Made by a program: the position numbers and the translations under genes. A stretch of DNA of 64,000 nucleotides from Hamiltosporidium tvaerminnensis FI-OER-3-3. Lineage: Eukaryota; Fungi; Microsporidia. The notes under the pieces were generated by a model. The model did not search any database, was not told the origin of the DNA, and worked only from the letters and a program-made list of their open reading frames with translations. Positions 61,986-64,000 of the stretch are shown here, in pieces. Position 1 is the first letter of the stretch. Every line of letters begins with the position of its first letter. The stretch spans positions 806,001 through 870,000 of the forward strand of contig JAKIMF020000004.1 in the NCBI GenBank assembly GCA_022605425.2, given 5' to 3'.

Positions 61986-64000
61986 TATACTAAAATTAAT
62001 GTATAATTAAACAACATAAATACATTTATCTCTTCTTAGACGAATAATTTAGATATTAAAATAAGTTGGTATATTTTTATAAATGTTTTCGCTATAATAA
62101 TGGAGAAAATTAATCATAAAAACCCAAACTAATATATGAAAACTATATAAAGGGATTCATTGTATATTCTATGGGTTTTAATGATTATTGATTAAATCTT
62201 TGGCTCTATTGATATCATTTACACAATAGGGTTGAAAATTTTTTTTTCTGAATTTGAAAAATCAAAGCTATTATCTAAATGAAGCATTTAGCGCAACAGA
62301 TCAAAAATAGAACCTTTTAAACAATTGAGTTCAGTTCTTTGAAATGATATCCTTAAATAAAAAATTAGTAAAATTATTGTAATTATATTAAGTAAAAGAT
62401 ATCAAAAACTACTATGATATATTATAGGTAATTACTTATTTGAAATTCTTTTTAATAAATTATAAAGTATTATAAAAGAGAATATTCATTTTGAAGTGTA
62501 TTTCTATTCTCAGTCTGTATAATTTGAAAATACGATTTCGCTTCTTATCTTAATTATAATCCTTGAAATATATTGGCATACTTGAACCAAGAGGATATAC
62601 ATTATGAGAGTGAATTACTTTAATACATCTCTTTTGAAATTTTTTCCTTTTTTTTGACACAAATTTTCTGACAGGTTTTTTAAATCAATATAGCAAAACA
62701 TTTCTAACTTAGCATAATATAGCACCTATTCATAGTCTAACTGATGTTTCTATATTTTTACAATTAAATTGTTACATTTTTTATGATTAGTCTCAATATA
62801 TTCTTAACAATATTAATATAATTTTTAATTATAAAAATAACTTATTATAGAAGAAGTATTACTTCATAGAGTATAAGTTTATATATCTATGATAAGACAA
62901 TAGTACAAATATACCCATATATTGGCCTGCAACTAAAAATTAGATGAATTCACTGATATATAGTTCGTTTTTTCACTGATATCACATATCAACATTAAAT
63001 TATAATTAAGTATTTTTTTTTGATTAATTTAGCAAAAAAAACAGAAAAATAATGTTTAATGTTGACATGTGCTATCTATAAATAAGACTCGGGCTTTGAA
63101 AGATTCTTTGTACGAACGAATTTTAAAAATTTATTTTTCCGAGTGTTCTATTTGTAATTTATAACAGTGCTGTTCAATTAGAGGAATATTACCAGTCTAA
63201 TATTGAATTAGTAATCTCTTTGATCATTTTCAAAAAAATTTTTATACATGTTTCTTGTATCTCAAACTTTTAAATAGTTAGAAAAAATTTTGATAGTTCA
63301 ATGTTATATATTTATACTTACTAACTTTCAATTGTATTTTAAGTGATATAATGTTTAGAAATGAAATATCTGTATATATTATTCTTGTATTTCTACAGCT
63401 ATCTTTTGGAAAGATTATATATCATATGTTTCACAATATAAATTTACATATTTGCATTCGTTTTATAAATATTGATTAAATATGGATGTTGTTGTTTGGT
63501 TTAAGAAAAAAGAACTTTGACCAACCAATCGAATAGTTTAATATAGTTAGAGGGACATAGAGAACTTAAGATTGTTAAAGAGTCACTAATTTAGTAAAAA
63601 AAAATATTTTAATAATCTGTAAAAGACATCCTCAAACCTATCACAAAAGATATTCGTGGATTTTTTAAAATAAAAATTTAATCGAATTTTCTTCATTTAT
63701 AGGAAACATTTAAGCTTCATTAATTTTAACAATATTATTTTTATAAATAAAAATATAAATAAAAATACATTTTTTTTATAAACCAGTGAATAGTCTTCAA
63801 AGAACCAATTTTAAATTCATGTGAATTCGAGAAAATCTGGATGAAATTAAACCTTAAATACGTTTTTTGTAATATTAAAAATTAAATTTACAATCAATAA
63901 AAATCTATAAAAGTTTATTTTCCACAAATAGAAACCAATATTTCCATAAAAATATTTTAAAAAACCCATTTCCAATTTATTTTGTTTTATAATTTTTAAA

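Overview
This is a very AT-rich, gene-sparse eukaryotic window with intronless genes, most with a CCC triplet just upstream of the ATG. That pattern is typical of a large-genome microsporidian (taxon inferred, not verified). Host genes include a myosin light chain/EF-hand protein, DPH5, a formin, ELP4, a ribophorin-I-like protein, an SLC19-like folate/thiamine carrier, RAD18, a tandem pair of membrane paralogues, a Yip1-like protein, a GDA1/CD39 NTPDase and lineage-specific secreted proteins. The main discovery is an apparent two-component retroelement system. The first component is an R4/Dong-like non-LTR retrotransposon (RT, CCHC, restriction-like endonuclease) in 5 copies or fragments. Its two full-length copies start at or within 2 nt of the ATG, immediately after the target-site duplication (TSD). 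The second component is a ~730-nt non-coding, GC-richer, highly structured repeat in about 10 copies of different ages. It has a sharp GTGGAGGGAGG 5' end, the same TTAAATAA(A) 3' terminus as the LINE, a perfect 13-bp TSD in one copy, and crossed 9- and 10-bp helices forming a possible pseudoknot. It looks like an undescribed SINE-like structured RNA mobilised by the LINE. The window also holds a TTAA-flanked piggyBac-type MITE, many gene-flanking minisatellites, and two LINE copies with base-composition anomalies that are probably assembly artefacts. All calls were made by eye; no searches or folding were run.
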